The position numbers were made by a program, and so were the translations under genes. A stretch of 32,000 nt of DNA, from positions 30,001 to 62,000 of the forward strand of contig PQXB01000003.1 in the NCBI GenBank assembly GCA_003194425.1, in the 5' to 3' direction. Each line of letters begins with the position of its first letter. Within the stretch, counting starts at the first letter, position 1. This stretch comes from Candidatus Methanophagaceae archaeon. Its GTDB lineage: Archaea; Halobacteriota; Syntropharchaeia; Alkanophagales; Methanospirareceae. This document shows positions 8,929 through 20,681 of the stretch, one piece after another. A model generated the notes under the pieces. That model was given only the letters and a program-made list of their open reading frames with translations. It did no database searches and had not been told where the DNA came from.

Positions 8929-8936
8929 CAGCTCAC

Positions 8937-9803
8937 TCACGCACTCGGTTTCTCCAGCAACCCGACCTTCCTCATTATTTCTCCGCTCCTTGCGTGCGGC
9001 TCGCGGACGAGGCTGTCGGTCTGCTTCTCCATTTCCCGTGCCTCGAAAGCGAGTTTCGCGGCTTCACGCAAGAGTTCGTGCGCCGCCGCTACAACAGGCA
9101 CGTACTCCTCAGGCTTCTGCATCATAAAACAGCCCTTCACATCCAGCTCCGCCACCTTCTCGGTCATACTGTAAGCCGCGAGAGCCTTCGCTTTTGCGTA
9201 CGGGTTCGAGAACCCCGCCCGTTCTACCGACTTCTCCGCGGTCGCGATTATCTGCGGTAATTTCACTTCCTCGCCGCTTGCACCGCTCGGACCGCTCGCT
9301 CCGCTCTTCACAGCTTCTACGACCGCGTCAATCTCCTCCTGCAACAACTTCGCCACGCCCGTAATTGAGAGCACCGAGAGTACGTCGGCGTTAAACAGGC
9401 TCATTTCTACGGGGTCTAAAAACTCCCGCCTCGCTCCGATCATCGGGTCGCCGGGAATAATAATGTAGCCAAAACCACCCTCCTTCAACTTCGGCACCGC
9501 CTTCTTCGCAGGTGCGTCCGAGATAACAATGCACGGCTTGCCCTTCTCTTTCGCCATCTCACGCGCTCGCTTCGGTCCTGGAAGAGCCGCGTTCGGGCTC
9601 ACTACCACCACCAAATCCGGGTCCCAGTCAAGCAACCGCGAAGCGTCCGCAGCGCAGTCTGGCGTCATTTTCGCTCCCGTCCCCAGCACACGAACATCCA
9701 CATCCTCTCTGTCCGCTCTCTCGTCCAGCAACAAATCCACAATCCTCGAAGCACCGATGTTCCCCAATTTCACAAATCCTACTTTCACTATTTCCTTCGC
9801 CAT
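8937..9803 (-). CDS. mtd: F420-dependent methylenetetrahydromethanopterin dehydrogenase
   Basis: Full-length colinearity with Mtd as I recall it: KLGNIG...LLLDERADREDVDVRV...GARREFLDPVEM...NPYAKAKA...YVPVVAAAHE...AREMEK. Confidence 0.93.
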   Translation of the reverse strand: MAKEIVKVGFVKLGNIGASRIVDLLLDERADREDVDVRVLGTGAKMTPDCAADASRLLDWDPDLVVVVSPNAALPGPKRAREMAKEKGKPCIVISDAPAKKAVPKLKEGGFGYIIIPGDPMIGARREFLDPVEMSLFNADVLSVLSITGVAKLLQEEIDAVVEAVKSGASGPSGASGEEVKLPQIIATAEKSVERAGFSNPYAKAKALAAYSMTEKVAELDVKGCFMMQKPEEYVPVVAAAHELLREAAKLAFEAREMEKQTDSLVREPHARSGEIMRKVGLLEKPSA

Positions 9804-9899
9804 TTTAATCTCTCTTACCTTTTGCGCAGGCGGGCATAAAAAGATATTTCTTTTCTTTTAAAATCAAAAACCAAAATAAAAAATACAAAAAAGTAAAAA

Positions 9900-9972
9900 A
9901 GTCCCGTGGTGTAGCGGTCAAGCATACAGGCCTTTGGAGCCTGTGACAGGGGTTCGAATCCTCTCGGGACTA
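9900..9972 (+). tRNA. tRNA-Gln (anticodon UUG)
   Basis: Hand-folded cloverleaf: acceptor AGTCCCG/CGGGACT with A1-U72, D arm GTGT/GCAT, anticodon stem CAGGC/GCCTG with loop CT-TTG-GA, T arm AGGGG-TTCGAAT-CCTCT, discriminator A. No encoded CCA. Confidence 0.9.
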
Positions 9973-10060
9973 CTTTTGTCAAAATCGGTTCTTTTGGTAA
10001 AGATTTTCTTTTCCGCGATGCATTTTAATCAAACTTTTAAAAAGTTTGAAATAAAAGGTT

Positions 10061-10759
10061 TTACTTCAGCACCTCCAGCAATGCAACCCGCTCCAAGACC
10101 AACTTCCCTAACTTCTCCTCGCCCTTCCCCTTTCCCTCACCCTTTCCCTCACCCTTTCCCTCACCCTCACCCTTTCCCTCGCCCTCGCCCTTTCCCTCGC
10201 CCTTTCCCTCTCCCACCGCCCTCAACTCCGCTTCGGTTACGCCAAAGAACTTTTTTATTCGCTCCCTCTTCGCCTCATTCAATTCTAAAACCGCCTCTTC
10301 CTCCAACCCCGTCTTCCTCTTCACCTCCGCCGCCACCGCCTCCAAATCCAACTCCTTCTTTCTCTTGCCCTCTCCCTCCCTCACTGCGTCAAAAATAACG
10401 ACCGCAACACTCTTCTCGTCGCCTTCGCGCTCTGACGCCGAGACGCCAATTTCCAACGCCCGTCCAATCTGCCTTCTACCCGCAGCGTACAAGAGAACCT
10501 CCAAGCCCAGGTCGCTCGTTAGGTTTCTTCCGCTCTTTTCGGCTCTCACCGCCTTCTGAACCGCTGACTTTAAGTGCTCCTCGCCTGCCACTAAGTTCGC
10601 GTTCAGAGCTTGCACCACCACGCCGTCGTAGTTGGAGGCAACGCTTTTCAGCGTAGCAAGAAAAGCCTTTAAATTCGGAATGCGGACTTTACCGGCGAGT
10701 ATTTTGGTGTTTATTTTGGAGTTTTGTTCCCGCTCTAAATATTTTTCTTGGTTTTGCAT
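10061..10759 (-). CDS. cgi121: KEOPS complex subunit Cgi121
   Basis: VVQALNANLVAGEEHLKSAVQKAVRA...LGLEVLLYAAGRRQIGRALEIG matches the Cgi121 core. The C-terminal half contains a (GEGK/GEGE)n insert. Confidence 0.6.
   Translation of the reverse strand: MQNQEKYLEREQNSKINTKILAGKVRIPNLKAFLATLKSVASNYDGVVVQALNANLVAGEEHLKSAVQKAVRAEKSGRNLTSDLGLEVLLYAAGRRQIGRALEIGVSASEREGDEKSVAVVIFDAVREGEGKRKKELDLEAVAAEVKRKTGLEEEAVLELNEAKRERIKKFFGVTEAELRAVGEGKGEGKGEGEGKGEGEGKGEGKGEGKGKGEEKLGKLVLERVALLEVLK
10129..10212. repeat. 12-nt (6-nt sub-unit) tandem array cctttccctcac / cctttccctcgc inside cgi121
   Basis: Read directly. Encodes a GEGK/GEGE run on the minus strand. Confidence 0.93.
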
Positions 10760-10760
10760 T

Positions 10761-10792
10761 TTGCATTTTTTTACAGTTGCATTTTTTTACAG
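10761..10792. repeat. intergenic 16-nt perfect tandem duplication (ttgcatttttttacag x2)
   Basis: Read directly. In the divergent region between cgi121 and the methyltransferase. Confidence 0.95.
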
Positions 10793-10845
10793 TTTGTTAT
10801 TGTTTTGCTTTACTAGTTAACAAATAAAGGGAAATAAATGGGAAA

Positions 10846-11406
10846 ATGAGTGGTAAAAAAGAACGAGTCTGCCCTGTTGAAAGAGCAGGGATGCTTGATA
10901 AGAGGATAAGAAAATTATTGCAGAACCCCAAAAAGATTTTAGAAAACTATGTTAAAGAAGGGGCGACAATTTTGGATTTAGGCTGCGGTCCCGGATTCTT
11001 TTCTGTGGAAATGGCTAAAATGGTCGGTAAATCCGGCAAAGTTATTGCTGCCGACCTGCAGGAAGGAATGCTTCAGAAATTGAAGAACAAGATTCAAGGA
11101 ACAGAAATTGAAAAGAGAATTGAGTTACACAAATGCGAAAAGGATAAAATTGGAATTTCGGAGAAAGTAGACTTTGTTTTGGCTTTTTATATGTTTCACG
11201 AAGTTCATAATCAAGAAAAATTCTTGGAAGAGATAAAATCGGTTCTAAAGCCAAGTGGGAAATTTTTTATCGTAGAGCCAAAATTTTTTCACGTTTCAGA
11301 GCAGGCATTTGAAGAAACGATAAAAAAAGCCAAAAAAGTAGGATTTAAACCCACCGAAAGACCAAAAGTATTTTTTAGCAGGGCTGTTGTTTTGAAAGTA
11401 TTATGA
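10846..11406 (+). CDS. class I SAM-dependent methyltransferase
   Basis: Motif I ILDLGCGPGFF, acidic post-I residue (AADL), FVLAFYMFHEV, PSGKFFIVEP. Visibly lower GC than its neighbours. Stop overlaps the asd ATG (ATGA at 11403-11406). Confidence 0.8.
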   Translation: MSGKKERVCPVERAGMLDKRIRKLLQNPKKILENYVKEGATILDLGCGPGFFSVEMAKMVGKSGKVIAADLQEGMLQKLKNKIQGTEIEKRIELHKCEKDKIGISEKVDFVLAFYMFHEVHNQEKFLEEIKSVLKPSGKFFIVEPKFFHVSEQAFEETIKKAKKVGFKPTERPKVFFSRAVVLKVL

Positions 11407-12569
11407 AAAACAGGAAGAAGATAAAAGTAGGGGTCTTGGGAGCGACGGGAAGCGTGGGGCAGAGGTTCGTGCAGCTTTTAGACGGACACCCCTGGTTCGA
11501 GCTCGCGGGGCTCTTCGCATCTGAGAGGAGTGCAGGGAAAAAATACCGCGAGGTGGCGAAGTGGTTCCTGCCGTCTGAAATGCCAGAGGAGGTTGCGGAG
11601 ACGGTAGTACGGTCAGTGGACGAGGCGGGTGCTTCAGTGAGAGGAGACGGAGGAGACGAAGATGAAATCGCAATTATGTTTTCCGCTCTGCCGGGGTCGG
11701 TTGCGAGCGAAGTGGAGAAGAGGTGCGCGGCTGCGGGTTTCGCGGTCTGTACAAATGTCTCGGTGCACAGAATGGATCCCGACATTCCGCTGGTCATTCC
11801 GGAGTTGAACGCTGACCATTTGGCTTTGATCGAGGTGCAGAAGAAGAGGAGGGGCTGGGACGGACGGGGCGGGTTCATCGTGACGAACCCGAACTGCTCT
11901 GCGATTGTTCTGACTTTGAGTCTGAAGCCGCTGATGCAATTAGGGAACGGGATAAGGGAGGTGCGGGTAGCGACGATGCAGGCGGTCTCGGGCGCCGGTT
12001 ACGCAGGCGTGCCCTCGATGGCGATTATTGACAACGTGCTCCCTTTCATCGGAAACGAGGAGGAGAAAATGGAGACCGAGCCACTCAAGATTCTCGGCAC
12101 GCTGGAAGTGGAAGCGGGAGCGGGAGCAGGAGCGGGAGCGGGAGCAGGAGCAGGCTGGAAGAGAATAAAAAATGCTGAGTTCAAGGTCTGTGCCTCTTGC
12201 CACCGCGTTCCTGTTTTAGACGGGCACACAGAGGCGGTCTGGGTGCGGTTTGAGGACGGGGAAGGAGGGGAGGATGGGGAGAGTGTGGGGGTGGAAGAAG
12301 TGAAATCGGCGTTCAGAAACTTCGCTACGCCACTAAAAACGCCGTTCGCACCTGAAAACCCGATAATTCTGCGTGAAGAGCCGGACAGACCGCAGCCGAA
12401 GTTGGACAGGGACGCGGGTGGGGGAATGAGCGTCTCGGTCGGTCGGGTGAGAAAAGGGCGGGCGGAGAACGAAGTGAAATTTATCACGCAGGGGCACAAC
12501 ACAGTGAGGGGCGCTGCCGGTGCCTCGATTTTAAACGCCGAGGTGCTGGTTGAGAGGGGCTACATTTAA
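11403..12569 (+). CDS. asd: aspartate-semialdehyde dehydrogenase (archaeal type)
   Basis: VGVLGATGSVGQRF Rossmann N-terminus, active-site NPNCS, SGAGY, CHRVPVLDGH. Contains an E(AG)7 insert. Confidence 0.88.
   Translation: MKNRKKIKVGVLGATGSVGQRFVQLLDGHPWFELAGLFASERSAGKKYREVAKWFLPSEMPEEVAETVVRSVDEAGASVRGDGGDEDEIAIMFSALPGSVASEVEKRCAAAGFAVCTNVSVHRMDPDIPLVIPELNADHLALIEVQKKRRGWDGRGGFIVTNPNCSAIVLTLSLKPLMQLGNGIREVRVATMQAVSGAGYAGVPSMAIIDNVLPFIGNEEEKMETEPLKILGTLEVEAGAGAGAGAGAGAGWKRIKNAEFKVCASCHRVPVLDGHTEAVWVRFEDGEGGEDGESVGVEEVKSAFRNFATPLKTPFAPENPIILREEPDRPQPKLDRDAGGGMSVSVGRVRKGRAENEVKFITQGHNTVRGAAGASILNAEVLVERGYI
12114..12155. repeat. 6-nt / 18-nt tandem array (gcgggagcgggagcagga x2.3) inside asd
   Basis: Read directly. 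Encodes (AG)7. Confidence 0.93.
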
Positions 12570-12759
12570 ATTTAAATTGGAAGGGAAGGATTGAAGAAAC
12601 CTAAAAAGCAAGAGGCTCTTTAGCAAGAAAGAGAGTTGTTATTGAACAACTTTGTGACTATGAAATGAGGAGGGCTGCAGAGTCCACGTTCTCTTGTTTA
12701 AACGCAGATTCGGTGTGTTTGTGAGAGCAACCAAGTTTGAGAATATTGTTAAAGAAGTT

Positions 12760-12789
12760 GTGCTGAATTATGCTGTGCTGAATTATGCT
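12760..12789. repeat. intergenic 15-nt perfect tandem duplication (gtgctgaattatgct x2)
   Basis: Read directly. In the convergent spacer between asd and the beta-helix gene. Confidence 0.95.
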
Positions 12790-12834
12790 GATTTGTTACT
12801 TATTAGACAAACCAGTAGCAAACGCCACTTTAGG

Positions 12835-15630
12835 TTAGGCGGCGAACTCTACTCCTTCCAGCTCTTTTCCAATCTGCTTTGCGATCTCCTCGGGTTCTGC
12901 TTTTGCTTCTGCTTCTTGCGTGGCTCTTGGGTTGTACTTCCAATTTGCTGTCTCGCTGCTGATCGTCGCGTACGGCGCCGTCGGCTCCAACAACGCAACG
13001 TACCACACCGCGTCAAACCCCACCGCACCCCAGTTTCCTACCAGAATCGAAAAGTTGTAGGTCTGGTCGAAGTTTGGCGGCAGCGTGAGCGGCGTGACCA
13101 ACATTTGCGACCAGTAGCCGTAACTTGGCAATCCTAAGTACCAGACGAAATAAGAGTCTACGTCCACCGCGGTTGGGTTTTTTAAGCCGATTGTGACTGT
13201 CATCGTCTCGCCGGGTTTGTAGCTCGGTTTGTTTGTTGTGACTAAGACTGTTGGTTGTTTGGGTGTTGAGGGTACCAAAGGCAAATAATCCCCTCCTTTT
13301 ATTATCTCTCCTGAGCAATTGTAGGGTATCTGCCAATCCCCGATACCGTCCTCGTCTACGTCAAACCCTTTGTAGTCGCTCCAGTAGTTTCCGCCCAGGT
13401 AAGGACCGCCGATTATGCTCGTTCCCGCAGTTTTTGTGATGTTCCAACGGTTGTTGCCGTCGTCATAGGCGTTGTTCGTGTTGTTTGCGAAGTAGTTGTT
13501 GTAGATGAGATTGTTGTTACTCAAATTCCACAACCCAATGCCGTAGCCGTTGTCAAATATGTTGTTGTCAGAGATTGTGTTGCTGGCGGAATTTTCAAGA
13601 CCGATTCCCTCCTCATCGTTTGAATAGATGCTGTTATTCGAGATTATATTGTTGTTACTCAAATTCCACAACCCAATGCCGTAGCCATTGTCAGATATGA
13701 TATTGTCAGAGATTGTATTGCTGGCGGAATTTTCAAGGTCAATTCCCTCCCCATTGTTTGATATGTTGTTGTCAGAGATTGTATTGCTGGCGGAATTTTC
13801 AAGGTCGATTCCCTCCTCATCGTTTGAATAGATGCTGTTATTCGAGATTGTATTTCTGCTCGAATTATAATGCCAGAGGCCATCGTCGTTTGAATAGATA
13901 TTGTTATTCGAGATGAGGTTGTTGTCGGAAGAATCCAAGGCAATGCCGTCGCCACTGGTGTCGAAAATGTTGTTATTCGAGATTGTGTTGCTACTTGGAT
14001 TGAAAACAAGGAGGATTCCATGCTCATTGTTTGAATAAATGCTGTTATCTGAGATTATGTTATTTTTACAAAACGGATGCCCCAACTCAAAGCCACTGTT
14101 GTCGTTAGATGCAATGTTGTTAGTCAAAATGTTGTTTGAACCTGTTATGAAGAAGCCGTCGTAATTGTATGATGCACTGTTATTCGCTAAAGTGCAGTTG
14201 CTTGAATGTAGGGAAAAGCCATCGCCATCGTTGTTATAGTTTGCAGTATTATCAGTTAAAATGCTGTTGTTAGAAGAGGACAGGAAAAAGCCTCCGCCGT
14301 TGTTATAGTTTGCAGTATTATCAGTTAAAATGCTGTTGTTAGAAGAGGACAGGATGATGCCCTTCCATTTGTTGTTTGAGCAGTTATTTTTTGTTATCTC
14401 GTTGTTGTTTGAATAATAGAGGCTGATGCCATAACCATCGTTGTTTTCGCATTTGTTGTTTGTTATCTCGTTGTTGTTTGAATAATAGAGGTCGATGCCA
14501 TCCTTGTTTGAGCAGATGTTGTTTGATATGGTGTTGTTGTTTGAATCCCTGAAGAAAATGCCAGTCCCTCTGTTTGAGGAGCAATCGTTGCTGGATATGC
14601 TACTGTTGCTTGATTCCACGAGAGAGATGCCAGTCCCTCTGTTTGAGGAGCAATTGTTGTTAGTTAAAGCATTGTTGCTCGAAACAGATAGGTCGATGCC
14701 GCCCCAGTTGTTGTAGTCAGCGGTGTTGCTGGTGAGCGTGTTGTTACTTGAATCTCTCAACGCGATGCCATCCCAATCGTTAGAATTCACGATATTGTCA
14801 GTGAGAATATTGTTGCCACCTCCAAAGATAGAGATTCCTCTCCTATTGTTACCAGAAACAATGTTGTTAGTTAAAGCATTGTTGCTCGAAGAATCCAGCC
14901 GGATGCCGTGGCTGTTGTTATTGGCGGTGTTGCCGGTTAAAGTGTTACCGCTCGAATCCTGCAAGTAGATGCCGTAGTTGTTGTTCGCAGCGGAGTTACT
15001 GGTAAGGGTGTTGTTGTTTGAATCCCTGAAGATGATGCCATAGCCATTGTTTGAGTCTGCGGTGTTGCCAGTGAGCGTGTTGTCATTCGAAAAACCCACG
15101 CTGATGCCGCCGCCGTTGTTTGATACGATGTTGTTCGTGAGTGTATTACTGGGCGCCCACCACAGAGAGATGCCTGCGTCGTTCATCTTTACATTGTTGT
15201 TAGAAATGTTGCAGTGGCTCGTGCTGTTTGTTGGTAATGTAGAAAGCGTTGTGACGAGGTAAATACCTGCTTTTCCTGGTCCAGCCGCACCTGTTACCGT
15301 GAACCCGATGATGTTCACATATTCCGCGGTTACACAAAAGACATAGTCGTTTGGATTTGCTGCCCGAACAGTGGTCGTGGCGGGACCGTTCTCCGAGCGG
15401 ATCGTGAGCCGCTGCTTGCTCACATCCACGTTCTCGGTGTAGGTGCCGTCGCGCACGACGATTGTGTCGCCGGGCGAGGAGGCATTCATCGCCTGCTGAA
15501 TTGTTGTGTAGTCGTCGGGCACGTAAATTGTTGCTGCACTCACGGCAGCAGGCGCAAGGGCAAGGGCTACAAGTAGCGAAATCGCAAAAACTGTAGTCGC
15601 TATTTTTCTGTTGCTTATTTTGGTTTTCAT
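12835..15630 (-). CDS. secreted surface protein with about 30 right-handed parallel beta-helix (PbH1/NosD-like) repeats
   Basis: Signal peptide (ISLLVALALAPAAVSAA), NosD-like head (IYVPDDYTTIQQAMNASSPGDTIVVRDGTYTENV), then long runs of ~22-23 aa N/S/T/G/I-rich repeats. The GGNYWSDY...DEDGIGD motif and a beta-rich C-terminal domain follow. ATG 15630 is preferred; GTG 15645 is possible. Confidence 0.8.
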   Translation of the reverse strand: MKTKISNRKIATTVFAISLLVALALAPAAVSAATIYVPDDYTTIQQAMNASSPGDTIVVRDGTYTENVDVSKQRLTIRSENGPATTTVRAANPNDYVFCVTAEYVNIIGFTVTGAAGPGKAGIYLVTTLSTLPTNSTSHCNISNNNVKMNDAGISLWWAPSNTLTNNIVSNNGGGISVGFSNDNTLTGNTADSNNGYGIIFRDSNNNTLTSNSAANNNYGIYLQDSSGNTLTGNTANNNSHGIRLDSSSNNALTNNIVSGNNRRGISIFGGGNNILTDNIVNSNDWDGIALRDSSNNTLTSNTADYNNWGGIDLSVSSNNALTNNNCSSNRGTGISLVESSNSSISSNDCSSNRGTGIFFRDSNNNTISNNICSNKDGIDLYYSNNNEITNNKCENNDGYGISLYYSNNNEITKNNCSNNKWKGIILSSSNNSILTDNTANYNNGGGFFLSSSNNSILTDNTANYNNDGDGFSLHSSNCTLANNSASYNYDGFFITGSNNILTNNIASNDNSGFELGHPFCKNNIISDNSIYSNNEHGILLVFNPSSNTISNNNIFDTSGDGIALDSSDNNLISNNNIYSNDDGLWHYNSSRNTISNNSIYSNDEEGIDLENSASNTISDNNISNNGEGIDLENSASNTISDNIISDNGYGIGLWNLSNNNIISNNSIYSNDEEGIGLENSASNTISDNNIFDNGYGIGLWNLSNNNLIYNNYFANNTNNAYDDGNNRWNITKTAGTSIIGGPYLGGNYWSDYKGFDVDEDGIGDWQIPYNCSGEIIKGGDYLPLVPSTPKQPTVLVTTNKPSYKPGETMTVTIGLKNPTAVDVDSYFVWYLGLPSYGYWSQMLVTPLTLPPNFDQTYNFSILVGNWGAVGFDAVWYVALLEPTAPYATISSETANWKYNPRATQEAEAKAEPEEIAKQIGKELEGVEFAA
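14230..14354. repeat. perfect 56-nt direct duplication (14230-14285 and 14299-14354, offset 69 nt = 23 codons) inside the beta-helix gene
   Basis: Read directly. Similar near-identical blocks lie at about 13500-13850 (for example attgttgttactcaaattccacaacccaatgccgtagcc twice). Confidence 0.9.
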
Positions 15631-15791
15631 TTTTTTTGTTTTCACCTTCTAATTTTTTTATTTTTGTGTGCTCTTGTCGCGCCGAGCGTTTGGATTTCTC
15701 TTTCTTTCCCCCTTCTCGCCCACACCCACACAACAATATTCACACATAATTAAAGATAAAACTTAACGCTATAAAATGGTTAAAGTTTAAC

Positions 15792-18790
<2,999 letters not shown>

Positions 18791-18818
<28 letters not shown>

Positions 18819-19960
18819 ACTACTGCGTCGTATTTCTTACGACCCAAAATCTGCTCGATTTCTTTTGACTGCGCACCTTTAATCAGGTCTATTTCAGAGG
18901 AGGAGTAGTTTGAGATGCCCTTTGCGAATTCCACGCCACCTGCGTCGGCAATGCTCACCGGGTCGCCACTCGCGAACTCGCCTTCAACACCAACGACGCC
19001 AGAAGCGAGTAGGCTGCAGCGGTTTTCTGTCAACGCCGTCTTTGCACCTTCGTCCACCTTAACCTTGCCCTTCACTGCGGAAGCGAACCTGAGCCAGTGC
19101 TTGCGGTCGTTAATCTTTTCTACGGCGTCAGCCTCTGGAAGAAAAATTGTCCCGACGCGTTCGCCTGCTACGATTCGTGCAAGAATGTCCGCCTTGTTGC
19201 CGTTCGCGATGACGAGAGGAATGCCTGCTCGGGTTGTGATTTTGGCGGCTTGAATCTTTGTCTTCATTCCGCCCACCCCTGTTTTTCCGCCACTGCCCGC
19301 TGCTGCGAGACGCTCAATCTCAGGCGTCACTTCCTCTACAATCGAGATGATTTCTATTTTCTTTTTCTTGTTCCTCCCCTCCTTCTTACTCTTGTTCCTC
19401 CCCTCTTTCTTACTCCTTGGGTCGTGAGTGTACAAGCCTTCGGTGTCGGTAAGAATGACAAGCAAGTCTGCACCGAGGTTGCTCGCTACCAGGGCGGACA
19501 AGTTGTCGTTGTCGCCGAGTTTGATTTCGTCCACCGCGACGGTGTCGTTCTCGTTGATTATTGGGACTACACCGGACTTGAGCAACGCGAGGAGCGTGTT
19601 TCGGAGGTTGAGGTAGCGGCGTCTGTTGAAGAAGTCCTCGTGGGTGAGCAAGAGTTGGGCGATTGTCTGCCCGTGCTTGGTGAAAAACCTGTCGTAAGTG
19701 CTCATCAGGACGCTCTGACCGACTGCAGCGGTTGCCTGCAGCACTTTAATGTCGCGAGGACGCTGTTTTATGCCGAGTTTCCCAATTCCTGCACCGATCG
19801 CACCCGACGAGACTAAAATAACCTCTTTACCCTGCTTCTTCAGTTCAACCACCTCTCTGGCGAGTTTCTCGACTTTTCGTGGCTCAAGCCGGTAGCTCTT
19901 GTCGGTTAGGCTGCTGGTTCCGACTTTTACTACGACCCTCCTCATTTTTTTATTTCTCAT
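18791..19960 (-). CDS. proB: glutamate 5-kinase with C-terminal PUA domain
   Basis: VVKVGTSSLT, VSSGAIGAG, NENDTVAVDEIKLGDNDNLSA, GGMKTKIQAA, then a PUA-like tail (DEGA...GVVGVEGEF.SGD). ATG 19945 is an alternative start. Has a tandem SKKEGRNK insert. Confidence 0.88.
19367..19414. repeat. 24-nt tandem duplication (1 mismatch) inside proB
   Basis: cttgttcctcccctccttcttact / cttgttcctcccctctttcttact. Encodes SKKEGRNK twice on the minus strand. Confidence 0.93.
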
Positions 19961-20666
19961 TCTCCAAATCCAAAGCCCAGAGAACCCCTCGCAAGTCTGT
20001 CAGAACGAACTCCTCTTCTTTCCTCCCGCTTCTCACCTCTCTTCTCTCCCCGCTTCTGCCCTTGCTTCTGCTCCTCTCCAGAAAGAAGGAATTCATTCCG
20101 ATTTTTCGCGGGTTGAGAAAATCGAAGACCCAGTGGTCACCTGTGTGAACGACCGCCTGCGGCTCCACACCCAGAATCTCGCAGACCCGCTCGTAAAAAC
20201 CGTTTGACTTCTTCACCGCTCCGAAGTCAGAGGTTGCGGAAAAGGTGTGGGAAAAGAACTTTTTTATCCCACGAATTTGAAATTCAACGAACTCCGTCGG
20301 CGCGTTCGAGCAGACAACCAGCTCAAACCCCGCCTCCTTCAAAACCCTCAAAACCTCCTCCGCCTCCTCGTAAATCCTCACCTCTCCCTCGCACCGCCTA
20401 AACAACTCCTCACGCGTTACCTCCCCCTCCAAGCCAAACTCCCGCAGCCAGTAGTCAATTTTGTACCACTCGACCCGCTCCTCGCCCACTCGGTCGTACC
20501 TGCTCTTCACGAACTCAAACGCCTGCTCAAAGCTCAACCCCTGCTTCGCGGCGTAAGCCTCTGGAACGCCTCGCAGCCAAACGCAGTCCGCAAAGCCCTG
20601 ACTCACCAAAGTACCGTCAAGGTCGAACGAGAAGACCGCTAACTCTTTAGCCCTCAGTTTTTCCAC
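19950..20666 (-). CDS. HAD-superfamily hydrolase
   Basis: Motif I FSFDLDGTLV, motif II CSNA, motif IV HTGDHWVFD. GTG start. R/S/K/E-rich insert near the C-terminus. Confidence 0.7.
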   Translation of the reverse strand: MEKLRAKELAVFSFDLDGTLVSQGFADCVWLRGVPEAYAAKQGLSFEQAFEFVKSRYDRVGEERVEWYKIDYWLREFGLEGEVTREELFRRCEGEVRIYEEAEEVLRVLKEAGFELVVCSNAPTEFVEFQIRGIKKFFSHTFSATSDFGAVKKSNGFYERVCEILGVEPQAVVHTGDHWVFDFLNPRKIGMNSFFLERSRSKGRSGERREVRSGRKEEEFVLTDLRGVLWALDLENEK

Positions 20667-20681
20667 CTCCCTCTACCTCTT

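Noticed and set aside
9934-10398. 154-aa proline-rich ORF starting within tRNA-Gln and running antisense to cgi121
   Set aside because: Its P/F/H-rich run is just the reverse reading of the GEGK repeat, and it overlaps a tRNA. It is not credible as a gene.
12635-12650. Hairpin gttgtt-attg-aacaac followed by ttt after asd as an intrinsic terminator
   Set aside because: The stem is only 6 bp of A/T-rich pairs with a weak T-run. Archaeal termination does not require hairpins, so this is not enough to call.
12694-13137. 147-aa plus-strand ORF in the asd / beta-helix spacer
   Set aside because: Most of it is antisense to the C-terminal domain of the beta-helix protein. It has no start context or motifs, so I treat 12570-12834 as non-coding.
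19097-19816. 239-aa plus-strand ORF inside proB
   Set aside because: It is antisense to a well-supported glutamate 5-kinase and has no motifs.
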